The notes below the pieces were generated by a model, which saw only the letters and a program-made list of their open reading frames with translations, searched no databases and had not been told where the DNA came from. The translations under genes were made by a program, and so were the position numbers. Below, piece after piece: positions 36,973-47,343 of a stretch of 64,000 nt of DNA. The stretch covers positions 58,513 through 122,512 of the IMG/VR virus record IMGVR_UViG_3300045107_000413; one strand, 5' to 3'. Source of the stretch: a virus. Numbering within the stretch: position 1 is the stretch's first letter; each line of letters starts with the position of its first letter.

Positions 36973-38395
36973 AGTAGGTTCCTCCCTGTATTTGACGCAA
37001 TACCCGTGAGAGTTGCGCCTGTCGCTCGGCTATGCGCTGCCCTTCCTCATCATCAGGTGTCTCGTGCATGGGGGGAAGCGTCTCTGTGGCATGAGAAGAG
37101 GCGGAGACGAGGGCAATCTCTGTCCCGGCAATAGCCAGTTCTGTGATTGCCCACACCAGCGCGTCCATGCGGTTGGGGGAGGGCTTGCCAACTTCCCAGG
37201 TACATTGTTCGTCCTCTAAATAGGGCAAGTTACCCACGTGATGCGCCCTGTTCTGCTCATAGAGCGCCACGACAGGTTCTGCGCGCAGGTGCTTGCCCCG
37301 ACTGGCGTGTACGGACTTGTAGGAGACGCTCTCATCAATAGTACGCAGCACGGTTTCTATCAGGTCGCCCCCGTTGTTAGCTTCCCCTACGACGCGGTCG
37401 GCCTTGAAGAGATAATAGGCTGTGATGACCGCCTGCGCCCAATCGAGGGGCGAGCCTTTGAGGGTGTAGTCGGCCAGCACATAGGCATGCCCATCGGTGC
37501 CTTTACCTGCGACCACGATACCTATCTCATCGGAGCCTTCATTGTTCGTGACCGCCGGGTCAACGCCAACGACGATGCGTACCAACTCAGGAGCTTTGAC
37601 GACTCGTGTACGCTCTAAGAGATCACGGTTCCAGAGCGCGCCCTCGACATCTTCTAAGAGTTCCGCGAGTAATTCTTGTCGTCCAATCCGCGTCCCAGAG
37701 TACCTTCCTACAACTTGCTCTAAGAAGGTGGGGGCAAGGTTCTCCTCATTTTCATAGGTTGTCCCGTGTGTCACATGCGTTGTTTTGTGTGAGAGGAGAC
37801 GCTTGATGAGTTTCGTGACTTTGGGCGTCGTGGTCGCGCATACCTGCGGGTTATCCCCTAAGCGCAGCCCGAACATGGCCTGATCCCATGCATCTTCATA
37901 TTGCCACGCCCCTGGCTCATCGGCCCAGAGCTTTTCATGCTGCGGGCCGCGCAGGGAGTCTGGCTCATCGGCGCTATAGGTGGTCGCCTGCGCCCCGTTG
38001 GGCCAGACGAGGCGGCGGCGTGACGGTTGGTAGGTAGGCCGTTCCCAGACAGGAGAGATCGCCAGGATACCGGACTCACCCTCTACCATGACATCGCGCA
38101 CGTCAGCGGCGGTACGCCCGATGAGTCCAAGCCTGCTGTACGTGCGGGCCTGCTTGCGCATCCATTCCGCGCCGCTTCTCGTCTTGCCAAACCCACGCCC
38201 GGCCATAATCAGCCACGTTGTCCATTGCCCTGCGGGTTCCAGTTGCTTCTCTCTTGCCCATGCTTCCCAGAGATAGCGCAGTTGCAGGGCCTCGGCATCC
38301 GTTAGCGTCCGCACAAACGCGGCTTTCTGCGTGCGAGAGAGGCGAGCAAAAGCCCGCGCTGCTGAGAAATCCAGTACCTCACTCTTTGCGGGCAT
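36962..38395 (-). CDS. terL: Terminase large subunit
   Basis: Walker A AGRGFGKT, LRGPQ, WADE, TTTP, nuclease VGVDPA and SPNRMDALVWA. Confidence 0.95.
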   Translation of the reverse strand: MPAKSEVLDFSAARAFARLSRTQKAAFVRTLTDAEALQLRYLWEAWAREKQLEPAGQWTTWLIMAGRGFGKTRSGAEWMRKQARTYSRLGLIGRTAADVRDVMVEGESGILAISPVWERPTYQPSRRRLVWPNGAQATTYSADEPDSLRGPQHEKLWADEPGAWQYEDAWDQAMFGLRLGDNPQVCATTTPKVTKLIKRLLSHKTTHVTHGTTYENEENLAPTFLEQVVGRYSGTRIGRQELLAELLEDVEGALWNRDLLERTRVVKAPELVRIVVGVDPAVTNNEGSDEIGIVVAGKGTDGHAYVLADYTLKGSPLDWAQAVITAYYLFKADRVVGEANNGGDLIETVLRTIDESVSYKSVHASRGKHLRAEPVVALYEQNRAHHVGNLPYLEDEQCTWEVGKPSPNRMDALVWAITELAIAGTEIALVSASSHATETLPPMHETPDDEEGQRIAERQAQLSRVLRQIQGGTYYGH

Positions 38396-38972
38396 GATCT
38401 TCTTGCTCCTGTGGCAGTGCGGTGAGTTTGTTGAGTAGTGCGTCACGCGCCCCGTTCACGTCAATGCTGCCGCTATGCTCAATCTGCTGCTTCTCACGGT
38501 ACTCCGGGAAGTGCTTTTTGATGAGCATGGCGAGCAGGTTATCTGACACCACGCGCTCCATCATGGGTTTTGTGCGGCGCATCACGGGATTGCCCTTGCT
38601 ATCAATGACCGGCTCACCTGTTTTGCTATTGGTGACTGGCACCTCTTCCCACACGATGCGGCCCATGCTGATGACGGGCCGCTCATACCCCTCCATCGCG
38701 CGCTTGCGGAACTCAGCCAGCGCCAGATCAGCAAAGTCGCGCTCGGCCTGATGTACGGCAAAACTGAACTGTTCGTCCTGCTCCATCCAGATGTAGTAGG
38801 TGCTTCTATCGATGTTCGCGCGGCGGCAGGAGAGCATGATGTTGCCGTTCAGGCGGTAGGCTTCAATGAAGGTTTCTTGTGCAAGGCGGCGTTCGGCTTT
38901 CGTCAGGTGCCTGCCACTCCTACGACTGGATGTGCGCGTAAAGGATGTTGGGCTGTTGACCTTTTCAGACAT
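38379..38972 (-). CDS. terS: Terminase small subunit
   Basis: N-terminal HTH (GNIMLSCRRANIDRSTYYIW), SDNLLAMLIK..FPEYRE. Upstream of TerL. Confidence 0.82.
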   Translation of the reverse strand: MSEKVNSPTSFTRTSSRRSGRHLTKAERRLAQETFIEAYRLNGNIMLSCRRANIDRSTYYIWMEQDEQFSFAVHQAERDFADLALAEFRKRAMEGYERPVISMGRIVWEEVPVTNSKTGEPVIDSKGNPVMRRTKPMMERVVSDNLLAMLIKKHFPEYREKQQIEHSGSIDVNGARDALLNKLTALPQEQEDHARKE

Positions 38973-40338
38973 ACCTCACCTCTTCAACCTTGCTGAGAAC
39001 GGTAGTATAGCAATGCCGTGCAATGCTTTCCATGAAGCGCGGGGGAACAGAATTGCCGATTCTATCCCATGCATCTCCAATTTTGCCGACAAATTGAAAG
39101 GCATCAGGGAAAGAGGCAAGGCGTTTACATTCATTCAGGGTAATCACCCGCTGTTCTGTGGGATGCCAGAAGTGATAATGCCCTAGCCCGCCTGCACGCT
39201 TCAGCGTGCAGGCGGGCGCGTTCCATTGCAGCCGGGTACGAGAATAATGCCCCGGTTGCGTCTCTCCCTGCTTGACCATCTTCATAGCCTGATAAATCTT
39301 CGTATGACTCCCTACCCTATCCCCCGTACCATCATCCTTCACGCCCTCAAATGCTTCTCGCACGGTAGCAGGTCGCGTCTCTGCTTGCGGGTGACTCGGT
39401 TCTATCCCCAGATCATTTCTCACTCCAATGAAGATGACCCGTTCCCGTGACTGCGGCACCCCGAAGTACATGGCATTCATCAACTGGCATTTCACAGTAT
39501 AGCCAGAGGCTTTCAGTTCTCGCATGATGATGGCAAAGACATGCTTCATATGTCCCTTGACCATGCCAGAGACGTTTTCCATCACAAAGACTTTCGGTTG
39601 TAGTCCTCGTATCAGACGTACTGCCTCTTTGAAGAGGGTATTGCGCGGGTCATCAATTTGCCGCTTTCCGGCAGTTGAGAACCCCTGACATGGTGGGGAT
39701 GTCTCAAAAATATCCAGTTCTCCGGGCTGTAAGCCTGAAAGATCAAGCAGTTCCTCTACTGTAACCGTGCTGATGTCTCGATGAAGGACGGGTGTTCCCT
39801 TGTGGTTCAGTCGGTAGGTGGCAACGGCATTCTCATCCCATTCAATAGCAAAGAGGACGTTCGCCCCGGCCCACTTCATGCCCAGGCTACTTCCTCCACA
39901 TCCACTGAAGCTAGAGCCGCAAGTGAAGAGGCGAGGCGTCTCAGGATTGATCGGCTTGTTGATGAAGTCTAATGGCATGGGCTGTAAGTCCTTTGCTGAA
40001 CCTCTTTGCAATAGCTCAGCACATCTGTGCTGAGCTATTGCAGCCATAAAACGGGGCGGGACGCTATTGCCGATGCGCTCTCTGCCGTGTCGCGCATCAG
40101 TCCAGCGGAAAGCATCGGGGAAAGAGGCTATCTGAGTTGCTTCCTCTATGCTCAGATTGCGAATACCTGTCTTTGTCTTGAGTTGAAAATCTGAAGAGGT
40201 CCTGGTAAGCGTCACACAGGGGCGAGAAGCAGAAACCCAGGGATTAATTTTCATACTTCTGCTGGCCATGGCATCAGGGATGATAGTTTTCAAGGGGATA
40301 GACTGCATCTGTGCTTTGGGATGAAAATCTACCATCAC
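38965..40338 (-). CDS. C5-cytosine DNA methyltransferase with an extra N-terminal copy of the TRD/motif IX-X module
   Basis: FSGCGG, SPPCQGFS, ENV and QSRERV. SFPD...IGNSVPP occurs twice. Confidence 0.92.
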   Translation of the reverse strand: MMVDFHPKAQMQSIPLKTIIPDAMASRSMKINPWVSASRPCVTLTRTSSDFQLKTKTGIRNLSIEEATQIASFPDAFRWTDARHGRERIGNSVPPRFMAAIAQHRCAELLQRGSAKDLQPMPLDFINKPINPETPRLFTCGSSFSGCGGSSLGMKWAGANVLFAIEWDENAVATYRLNHKGTPVLHRDISTVTVEELLDLSGLQPGELDIFETSPPCQGFSTAGKRQIDDPRNTLFKEAVRLIRGLQPKVFVMENVSGMVKGHMKHVFAIIMRELKASGYTVKCQLMNAMYFGVPQSRERVIFIGVRNDLGIEPSHPQAETRPATVREAFEGVKDDGTGDRVGSHTKIYQAMKMVKQGETQPGHYSRTRLQWNAPACTLKRAGGLGHYHFWHPTEQRVITLNECKRLASFPDAFQFVGKIGDAWDRIGNSVPPRFMESIARHCYTTVLSKVEEVRYV

Positions 40339-40919
40339 TTCTTCCCCTTACCTGTCTTCAAGCACACCTTCCCGCACTCCTGGCATAACTCGGTATCCAT
40401 GCCCTCTTCTATGGACTCATCAAACTCTTTGAACTGCACATCAGGCCTGTCAGATTGCTCATCTTGTGTAAGGTAGTCATTGCCTAATGATTCGAGCATC
40501 TGCCTGAGTGTCTCATCATCCGTGCCGAGGGAGGCAAGGTCATAGCCTGCATGCTTTTGCTCTTCTAAGAGGGCGGCAAGGGCCGTTTCATCGTCACTGC
40601 TATTCTTGCTCAGTTCATTGTCAGCAATGAGATAGCCCTTGATTTGAGCAGGTGTCCAGTCAGCAGGAAGGACATCGGCGCGTAACTCCGTGTAGTTCAG
40701 TCGCTTTGCCGCCTCAACAATACCATGTCCAGCCACGATGAGATACCCTGTCGGGCCATCCTGAACCACAATAGAACGCCCCTGTCCAAATCTTGACAGG
40801 CTTGCTACTAACTGGCGTACCTGCTCATCAGGATGAGAACGGTAGTTGTCTGGATGTGGTCTCAGTTGTGCAATCGGGACAATCCGATTTTCTTTGATGA
40901 CACCCTGCTCGCTCATCAC
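40335..40919 (-). CDS. ParB/Srx-like N-terminal domain protein
   Basis: LRPHPDNYRSH, IVAGHG and IADN. Confidence 0.85.
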   Translation of the reverse strand: MMSEQGVIKENRIVPIAQLRPHPDNYRSHPDEQVRQLVASLSRFGQGRSIVVQDGPTGYLIVAGHGIVEAAKRLNYTELRADVLPADWTPAQIKGYLIADNELSKNSSDDETALAALLEEQKHAGYDLASLGTDDETLRQMLESLGNDYLTQDEQSDRPDVQFKEFDESIEEGMDTELCQECGKVCLKTGKGKK

Positions 40920-40923
40920 ACCC

Positions 40924-41484
40924 TCAACTATTCATCCAGTTACCAGTACCCGTTACCGCACTCACCTGCGCCGTCGTCGGCCCGACACTCACCGGCGGAG
41001 GCGCGGGGACAAGGGGCGCAAGCACTGCGGGCTGCGCCTGTGGATGTGCCATCCCTGTCGTCGGTGATGCGCTACTGGTGGGAATGCCCGTTTGCAGAGG
41101 AAGAGACGACTGCGCCGCCTGCTGCATGGCCTGCTGGATGAGGGCGGGGAGCATGGCCTGCGCCCACTGTGGCAGGACGCGCAGCATGGTCTGCTCAATG
41201 GCCTGTGTGATGGCAGCAGGGCTGCTACTGGTGGCTCCGGTGCTATCGGCTACCGCCTGCTCCACCTGTGGGATGAGGGCGGGATAGCCTTTAGCAAAGG
41301 CGGCAAAGAAGGCGGCAGCCAGCACGGTGACGAAGTTTTGCCAGTTGATGAGCGTGCCGTTTGCCGAGAGGTAATGCTCGGCGGCAGCAAGGAGCGCAAT
41401 CACGATGCTGATTGCCAGGCTTTCCAGCGTATGCAGCACGACCGCCCAGCTGCGGGTCACGTGAATGTTGAAGAGTCTAGCCAT
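40924..41484 (-). CDS. Putative holin
   Basis: Two TM helices, immediately after the endolysin gene. Confidence 0.65.
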   Translation of the reverse strand: MARLFNIHVTRSWAVVLHTLESLAISIVIALLAAAEHYLSANGTLINWQNFVTVLAAAFFAAFAKGYPALIPQVEQAVADSTGATSSSPAAITQAIEQTMLRVLPQWAQAMLPALIQQAMQQAAQSSLPLQTGIPTSSASPTTGMAHPQAQPAVLAPLVPAPPPVSVGPTTAQVSAVTGTGNWMNS

Positions 41485-42829
41485 TGCTTCCTCCTGTGGA
41501 TGGTGATGAAGACGGTACAGGCGCACTTACCCGCGCAAGGGCCGCCTGTAACTGTGCGCTTGCGCCGCTCACATCGCGCACAAATGCCTGGTAGGTGGCC
41601 GTGTCGGGCTGCTGCTCTAGCGCCGCTTTCTCGCTAGCCAGTTGTGCGTAGTTGGCCTGAAGCGTGGCATTTGCAGATTGCGCGGCCTGCAACTGTGCGC
41701 TGGCGGCGGTGAGTTGGCTTTGCAGTGCGCTATTCTGCGTCTCTAATTGCCCGTTTTGAGCTTTGAGAGCGTCTGCATCGCTACTCAACTGCTTATTGAT
41801 GTTGGTCAGGGAGATGACTTGCGCCTGTGCGTCAAAGAGGGGGTCAATGTGGGCAAGGTAGCAGTCCCCGACCGTACCGGTGGGATTGTCCATCTGCCTG
41901 CGTGGATCGAAGACGACCACGCCGCGTTCGAAGCGTTGATAGGCCACGTCCTGCTTGCCGGGGAGATACGCCTCGGCGCTTACCGGCAGGCCGAGGATGG
42001 AGAGACCGGCATAGTGGCCCTGCGCGTGCGTCGGGTCAAGGGCGCGGTAGAAGGCCAGGATGCCGTGCGAGACGTGAAAGGCGTAGTGCTTCGGGTTTTT
42101 CGGGTCAATGATTTTGCAGTACCACACGTCGGGGGCTTCCTCGGTGAAGTAATTGAGGGCCTGGGCAAGGCTCAGGGTAGTGGGTGCGGTGCTTGTCGTC
42201 ACAAGGGGTATTCCTCCTTCTTCTAGCAGGGCAATGTTGGCATCTGTGCTACCGACCCCCGGCGTGTTGTACCTATCTGTGAATTGCCAGTAGGCGTAGC
42301 TTTTCCAGGGGAAGGGCGCAGGCGGGCGCACGTTGGGGTTGTTGTTCCATGCAGCAAGCCAGAGCGGATATGTGCCGAGTGCGCTCTCTTGCAGGCGGGC
42401 GGTGATGTAGGCGGAACTGGCATAGATGCCGGGGAGCCTGCCGTAGTGGGCGGCTATGGCTTCTAGCCAGGCAAGCGCCCATGCAGCGGTGGCCTGCGGA
42501 GCCGAAACTTCATAGTCGAGTATAATGAGATCATGCGCGCCGATAGCCCCTCCGATAGCGCGGGCGGCAAATGCTGCCTCTCGTGCTGGGGTGTTGCCAG
42601 AAATGTCGGGTCGGGCAAAGTGATAATGGAGAATGGAGGTGATGCCTGCCGCCCGTGCGCCTTGTAGGTAGCCGTGATAGTGCGGGTCAACGATGCCCGC
42701 CCCTTCTGAGGCTTTGAGGGCAACAAGGCTCAGTGCGCTGCCGTTTTCTGACCATGCTTTGTATTGGCCCCATGAGACGGCTTGCGGGGGCGTATTCCAT
42801 CCACTGAGGTCTGCGAAACGTGCGGTCAT
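41477..42829 (-). CDS. Endolysin (GH25 muramidase, cell-wall-binding region, coiled coil)
   Basis: DLSGW, KASEG, YHFA, LDYE, LWLAAW, WQFT and DANI, then LGLPVS..QRFERG. Confidence 0.9.
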   Translation of the reverse strand: MTARFADLSGWNTPPQAVSWGQYKAWSENGSALSLVALKASEGAGIVDPHYHGYLQGARAAGITSILHYHFARPDISGNTPAREAAFAARAIGGAIGAHDLIILDYEVSAPQATAAWALAWLEAIAAHYGRLPGIYASSAYITARLQESALGTYPLWLAAWNNNPNVRPPAPFPWKSYAYWQFTDRYNTPGVGSTDANIALLEEGGIPLVTTSTAPTTLSLAQALNYFTEEAPDVWYCKIIDPKNPKHYAFHVSHGILAFYRALDPTHAQGHYAGLSILGLPVSAEAYLPGKQDVAYQRFERGVVVFDPRRQMDNPTGTVGDCYLAHIDPLFDAQAQVISLTNINKQLSSDADALKAQNGQLETQNSALQSQLTAASAQLQAAQSANATLQANYAQLASEKAALEQQPDTATYQAFVRDVSGASAQLQAALARVSAPVPSSSPSTGGSNG

Positions 42830-43275
42830 GCTTCCACCCTCTCCTCTTCCATCTCTTCATCCAGAAAGACGGGATAGCGTTTGGCAACCAGATCACCCTC
42901 TTCGCCAGAAAGATAGCGTTGCACGCGCTCTACCGCCGTTGCCCATCCTTCTTTGCGATGCTGGCTACAGGAGCGGCAAACGGGAACCACGTTGCCCTGT
43001 ATGACGCCCTGCACGTGATGCATGGTTTCTAGTCGCTCAAAGGGGCGTACCAGGCAAAAGGCACAGGAGCCGGAGAAATCTGAGAGGATAGCAAGCCACT
43101 CTGGCAGGGTAAGTTTTGCCGGAAGCTTTGCGCGGCGGGCAGCGGAGAGGGCTGTTTCCAGCCGGTCAAATTCCCTGAGTGCGTCTTTTGAGATGCAGTG
43201 CTGGCAGAGACCATAAGACGTGCTGGCTTCAAAGGCCAGAAAGCAAAGGGCGCAGATAGAGAGAGATTTACTCAT
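42826..43275 (-). CDS. HNH-like protein
   Basis: LTLPEW...CAFC...NVVPVCRSC. Similar to the 48558-49010 product. Confidence 0.7.
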   Translation of the reverse strand: MSKSLSICALCFLAFEASTSYGLCQHCISKDALREFDRLETALSAARRAKLPAKLTLPEWLAILSDFSGSCAFCLVRPFERLETMHHVQGVIQGNVVPVCRSCSQHRKEGWATAVERVQRYLSGEEGDLVAKRYPVFLDEEMEEERVEA

Positions 43276-43931
43276 GGACGGGCCTCCATTGCTTCTACCC
43301 ATGTAAGAAACTGCTGTATCGGCTCCCCTAATACCGTCTCATCCCTGTAATGCCATTGTCGGATTGCATTGCCAACCGCCTCATACTTTGCCCAATCTAC
43401 TGCCAGAAAGATGCTCCATGAACCATCAGTATCTTGCGCCTTTTTCTCCCAGACACCGGACTGCTGAGTAGCAAAGGCTTTGTAGGCATAGGGAATAAGT
43501 TCATGGGTATAGGCAATTGCCACTGAAAGCAAATTCCCTGTCCGCGCCTTTGTGATATATGCCTGTACCGTGATATGAGGATACAAATAGCCCTCATGAC
43601 GGTGTTGCAGTTGCCAGAGACGTTTCTTGAGTTCCGTATCCGTTCCACTGCTACGAGACTTGCGAATCGTAAACGTCCCCCAATCCTTCTCCCCCCACTG
43701 TATCCGTGAAGCAATGCCGCGCATCACGCCCCGTTCAGGGCGTTTCTGAAACCCGTCAATGCCAGCCAGGATGTCTAAGTCCTGAGCAAGAGAAATGTCA
43801 GCTTTTGTCTCGACAGGGCAATATTCACCGCCGCCACACCATGAGGAGATGGCAGGCCAGACAAGGCGTTGCATATCAAAGGCACTATCGCCGAGGTTAC
43901 GCACCCGAATTTCCCGCATACCCCACCTCAC
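43272..43931 (-). CDS. Hypothetical protein (possible nuclease fold)
   Basis: LDILAGIDG, IASRIQW and TFTIR. Downstream of the methyltransferase. Confidence 0.55.
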   Translation of the reverse strand: MRWGMREIRVRNLGDSAFDMQRLVWPAISSWCGGGEYCPVETKADISLAQDLDILAGIDGFQKRPERGVMRGIASRIQWGEKDWGTFTIRKSRSSGTDTELKKRLWQLQHRHEGYLYPHITVQAYITKARTGNLLSVAIAYTHELIPYAYKAFATQQSGVWEKKAQDTDGSWSIFLAVDWAKYEAVGNAIRQWHYRDETVLGEPIQQFLTWVEAMEARP

Positions 43932-45279
43932 ATCCCCGCACCTGCGCTATCTCCAACATTTCCCGCGAAATATCACACCCCCGTGCTACCCGTCCTAAGC
44001 GATGGGCAGCAAGCACAAATGTCCCTGTTCCGGCAAAGCAGTCAAGAACCGTATCCCCTGGCTTTGTGCTATGCTGAATGAGGCGTCTTGCCAGTTCATC
44101 AGGCTTTTGCCATGTATGGTATCTATCGCCCAAACGTCCATCAGGGGCATTGATCTCCTGTACGGAAAACTGCTCATTCATCAGAGGGCAATCCAGACGG
44201 GGCGCGTTCAGACCAATATAGTACAGGATTGCCTGCCAGTTCTGCTTATATGTATTGACAGGAGAAGGGCCAAGTGTATTTTTATATGTCCATACCAGCA
44301 CTTGCAATAAACGCAAGTGAGCAGGCACAGGCACATTCAAGTATGCTCGCAACTCATGGGGATATGCGCCTATACAGACATACGCCCTCCCTGATGTCTT
44401 AACCTTAGATAGGGCAAGAGGAAGCCAGTCATGAGCAAAGGTATCAACATCCTCAATATCTGTTGAATAGGGAGGGTCAGTGATGAGCAAATCACACGGT
44501 GACTGCTGTGGAAGCCACGCCTTCCATGATGCATGAGCAAGTACAGGCTTAGATGGGGATACCTGCGCCTGTGCATCTCTCTCTGTCATCTTGATATCAA
44601 GAATAGCCGCCTTTGCCGTTTTCGCTTTGCCCGATGCTACTCTATTGACTACTTCACGACGTTGCAGTTCTGGCAACTTTGCAACAACCTTTGCTTCTGG
44701 GATAGTAAGCGTGCCGCTCAGTACAGGCTCTTTCAGTTCAGGAGCCTGCTCTACAATTTTCTTTGCCTCTTTGACATAGGTACCACTTGCGCCAACCATA
44801 GCACCTGCCTGGTTTGCTGCTTTTGTTTGTACAACGGGCATCTGATGCGAAACCTGGGACAATATTGTCCCAGGTTTCGCATCAGATGCATTTTTTGCCC
44901 TTATCATTTCAATCTTTGATGGTCTCCCACCAGTTCTATTTTCAGCTTCCCTTGCCAACTGCTGCTCTATCTCAAGAGCAGACATGGCCTTTTGACTGCT
45001 AGTAAGGTGCCGCCTCTCAAGATTAAGGTCAACCACGAACAGCACAAGTGAACCATTCCCGCTCCATTCCCGATAGCGCGGCTCAATGCCCGCATCTAAA
45101 CAGGCTTTATAGCGGTTACGACCATCTATGATCTTGTCTTGATACGTCCATATCGGCTCACGAAGTCCATTCATCTTGATACTCACAACAAGACGCTGGT
45201 ACTCTTCATCTCCCATCATCGGAAAGATGTTTGCAACCTCATGAAATTCTCTACAAGTTGGCGCTACAGTAACCGTCAT
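43897..45279 (-). CDS. ParB-like domain fused to an N6-A/N4-C DNA methyltransferase
   Basis: IIDGRNRY, TDPPY, HTWQKP and VLDCFAGTGT. Confidence 0.9.
   Translation of the reverse strand: MTVTVAPTCREFHEVANIFPMMGDEEYQRLVVSIKMNGLREPIWTYQDKIIDGRNRYKACLDAGIEPRYREWSGNGSLVLFVVDLNLERRHLTSSQKAMSALEIEQQLAREAENRTGGRPSKIEMIRAKNASDAKPGTILSQVSHQMPVVQTKAANQAGAMVGASGTYVKEAKKIVEQAPELKEPVLSGTLTIPEAKVVAKLPELQRREVVNRVASGKAKTAKAAILDIKMTERDAQAQVSPSKPVLAHASWKAWLPQQSPCDLLITDPPYSTDIEDVDTFAHDWLPLALSKVKTSGRAYVCIGAYPHELRAYLNVPVPAHLRLLQVLVWTYKNTLGPSPVNTYKQNWQAILYYIGLNAPRLDCPLMNEQFSVQEINAPDGRLGDRYHTWQKPDELARRLIQHSTKPGDTVLDCFAGTGTFVLAAHRLGRVARGCDISREMLEIAQVRGCEVGYAGNSGA
44838..44889. repeat. 52-bp perfect palindrome inside a CDS
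   Basis: GCATCTGATGCGAAACCTGGGACAAT|ATTGTCCCAGGTTTCGCATCAGATGC. Confidence 0.95.
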
Positions 45280-45536
45280 CCCCCTGTTTCCTTCTCTTCT
45301 TGCTTGTACTGTGCTGCCGCATACTCCCGCAGCATCACGCCCTTCCATGCCTGATATAAGCCCATCTCCAGCGGATGTACTTTGGGCAAGAGCAGGGCGT
45401 CCAACAGTTGCTCATAGGTGAGACTTTCCACATGGCCCTCCGGCGGCGTGATCTTCCCGAACTCCGGGCTATTCACGGTGATAGCCTCTTCCGAAGGAGG
45501 TGTCGTTTTCACCTCACCTGTGCGCCGTTTTGCCAT
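45276..45536 (-). CDS. Hypothetical protein
   Basis: RBS present, coupled. Confidence 0.5.
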   Translation of the reverse strand: MAKRRTGEVKTTPPSEEAITVNSPEFGKITPPEGHVESLTYEQLLDALLLPKVHPLEMGLYQAWKGVMLREYAAAQYKQEEKETGG

Positions 45537-46699
45537 TTCTTCCTCATCTCACCTCATCACACATACACAAGAACGGGAGCGCGGGCGGCGGGCCTGTCGT
45601 TGGCGAAGCCTGGTACCAAATGGGGTTGGGTATAGGAGAAAATCGGACTTGTCCACATCATCACACGTGCCACCGCCCACGTCCTTCTCTCCAGTATAGC
45701 ACATCCCCCGCCCGCTTACCGTAGCAGCATCACCAGCAGATACGCCGCCAGTAGCACACTCACCACAATTGCTACATACTCCCGCACCCGTGCCACCATG
45801 CCCTCACGCTCCCTTTCTTGCTCAGTGGAACAGGCGGCATAGCCTGAAGGAGAGGCAAGCCATGCCGCGCCGCCAACGTACTCACCACCACCAGGGCCAC
45901 CGCCACACCCAATTGAGTACGTCTGCCTGTGTGACGATGCCCGTTATCCTATCGCTTGCCCGCCAGCACTTTCGCCCGCTCTCCATAGGCCCGCGCAAGC
46001 TTCCTGTCAGGGGACGGCGCGGGTGGCACGCCTGCGTACTGACACTCGGCATGAGCCTCCAGAAATGCGCGCCGCTTCCTGTCCTGCGACTGTTCATGCA
46101 GGGCAAAGGTGAGTGTTGCCCCGCAAAAACAGCGCACGCCGTCAGGGTAGCCCATACGCGCCACAACGGTAAAATGTGGCGGGAGGCTACCACGTTTCTG
46201 TATCATCATCGTCTCCCTTCTCTCATGCACACAAAAAGGCACGAATGACCGATAGTAGTCATTCGTGCCTGCATTACCCGCAATGGGTGCTATCAGCACA
46301 GAAGAGAAAAATGTCCGGGTGCCGTGATGCAACGTGAACCCGCCTCAAGGCCCGGACTCCCCAACGGGTTTAGCTCCATCACTGCGGTCATTTGCTACGC
46401 CGGTTTCTTCGGCTTGTTGAACTTGCGATAGTTATATTCTATCGACGGGTTATGTCCATGCTGCAAACGGAAACTGATATAGGCCTCTGCCATCTTGCGC
46501 GCCAGTTCCCGAAAGGAGAAGAGTTCTCGCAGCATGTCCTTTGCCTCCTCATCCCTATCCAACTGGCATGCAAGTTCCAACGTATCTTTGCTGATACGCA
46601 CGGCTGGCAGGTTCCCATTGGTGTCTTGACACGTCGGCATCGGCATTCCCCACAGAAAAGACGCTTCTCTCAAGAGAATGATACCATGAGCAGGGTATT

Positions 46700-47020
46700 C
46701 TAGCAAGAGCGCGGCTTGCCCCGCGCGTCCCGTTCCTTTGCCGCCCGCTTTGCCTGCACGGCGAGCCGTCTTGAGGAACGCTGTTTCGGCAGATGGCAGA
46801 CCCTTCTATAGCGGGCATAGAGGCGGTAATACCGTTTCTTGCCGATGAGCCACTTCATCGTTTCGGGCGGGTAGATGAGCAAGAGGGCCTTTGCCTGCAC
46901 GTCTGAGAGGTGACGGCCCCATGCCTGCATAGCACGCCCGCATTGGCGAATAGCAGCAAGCAACTCCTGAAAACGTGGCTGTGCCGCCTGCATTGCCTCG
47001 GCAAAGGGAAGATCAGGCAT
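46700..47020 (-). CDS. Hypothetical basic protein
   Basis: Coupled ORF. Confidence 0.45.
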   Translation of the reverse strand: MPDLPFAEAMQAAQPRFQELLAAIRQCGRAMQAWGRHLSDVQAKALLLIYPPETMKWLIGKKRYYRLYARYRRVCHLPKQRSSRRLAVQAKRAAKERDARGKPRSC

Positions 47021-47343
47021 TACGCTTGCTCCTCAACTGGCTCCCATCCCTGCTCTATCGGGAATTGCCGCACCGCTAACCACTCATACAGTTCGTCCCT
47101 GCTCATGTTCAGGCTGATATAGTGCGCCTCCTGTGCAACTACCGGCGCGCCCATGCCCTTGCCTGCTTCCCGGTGCGGATACGTCACGGCAAAGACGGCC
47201 ACCTGGTAGGTCTGTCCACCCTGTGTCACCAGCACGTGATAGCGTTTGACGGGAAAGAGGACGAGCAAGCCCGTCACATAATCCCACGTCTCTGCCTGCT
47301 GCTTGCTGGAGAGGGTGAGGGCGCGTTCCAGCCCTATACTCAT
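47020..47343 (-). CDS. Hypothetical protein
   Basis: Coupled ORF with a GGAG RBS. Confidence 0.5.
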   Translation of the reverse strand: MSIGLERALTLSSKQQAETWDYVTGLLVLFPVKRYHVLVTQGGQTYQVAVFAVTYPHREAGKGMGAPVVAQEAHYISLNMSRDELYEWLAVRQFPIEQGWEPVEEQA

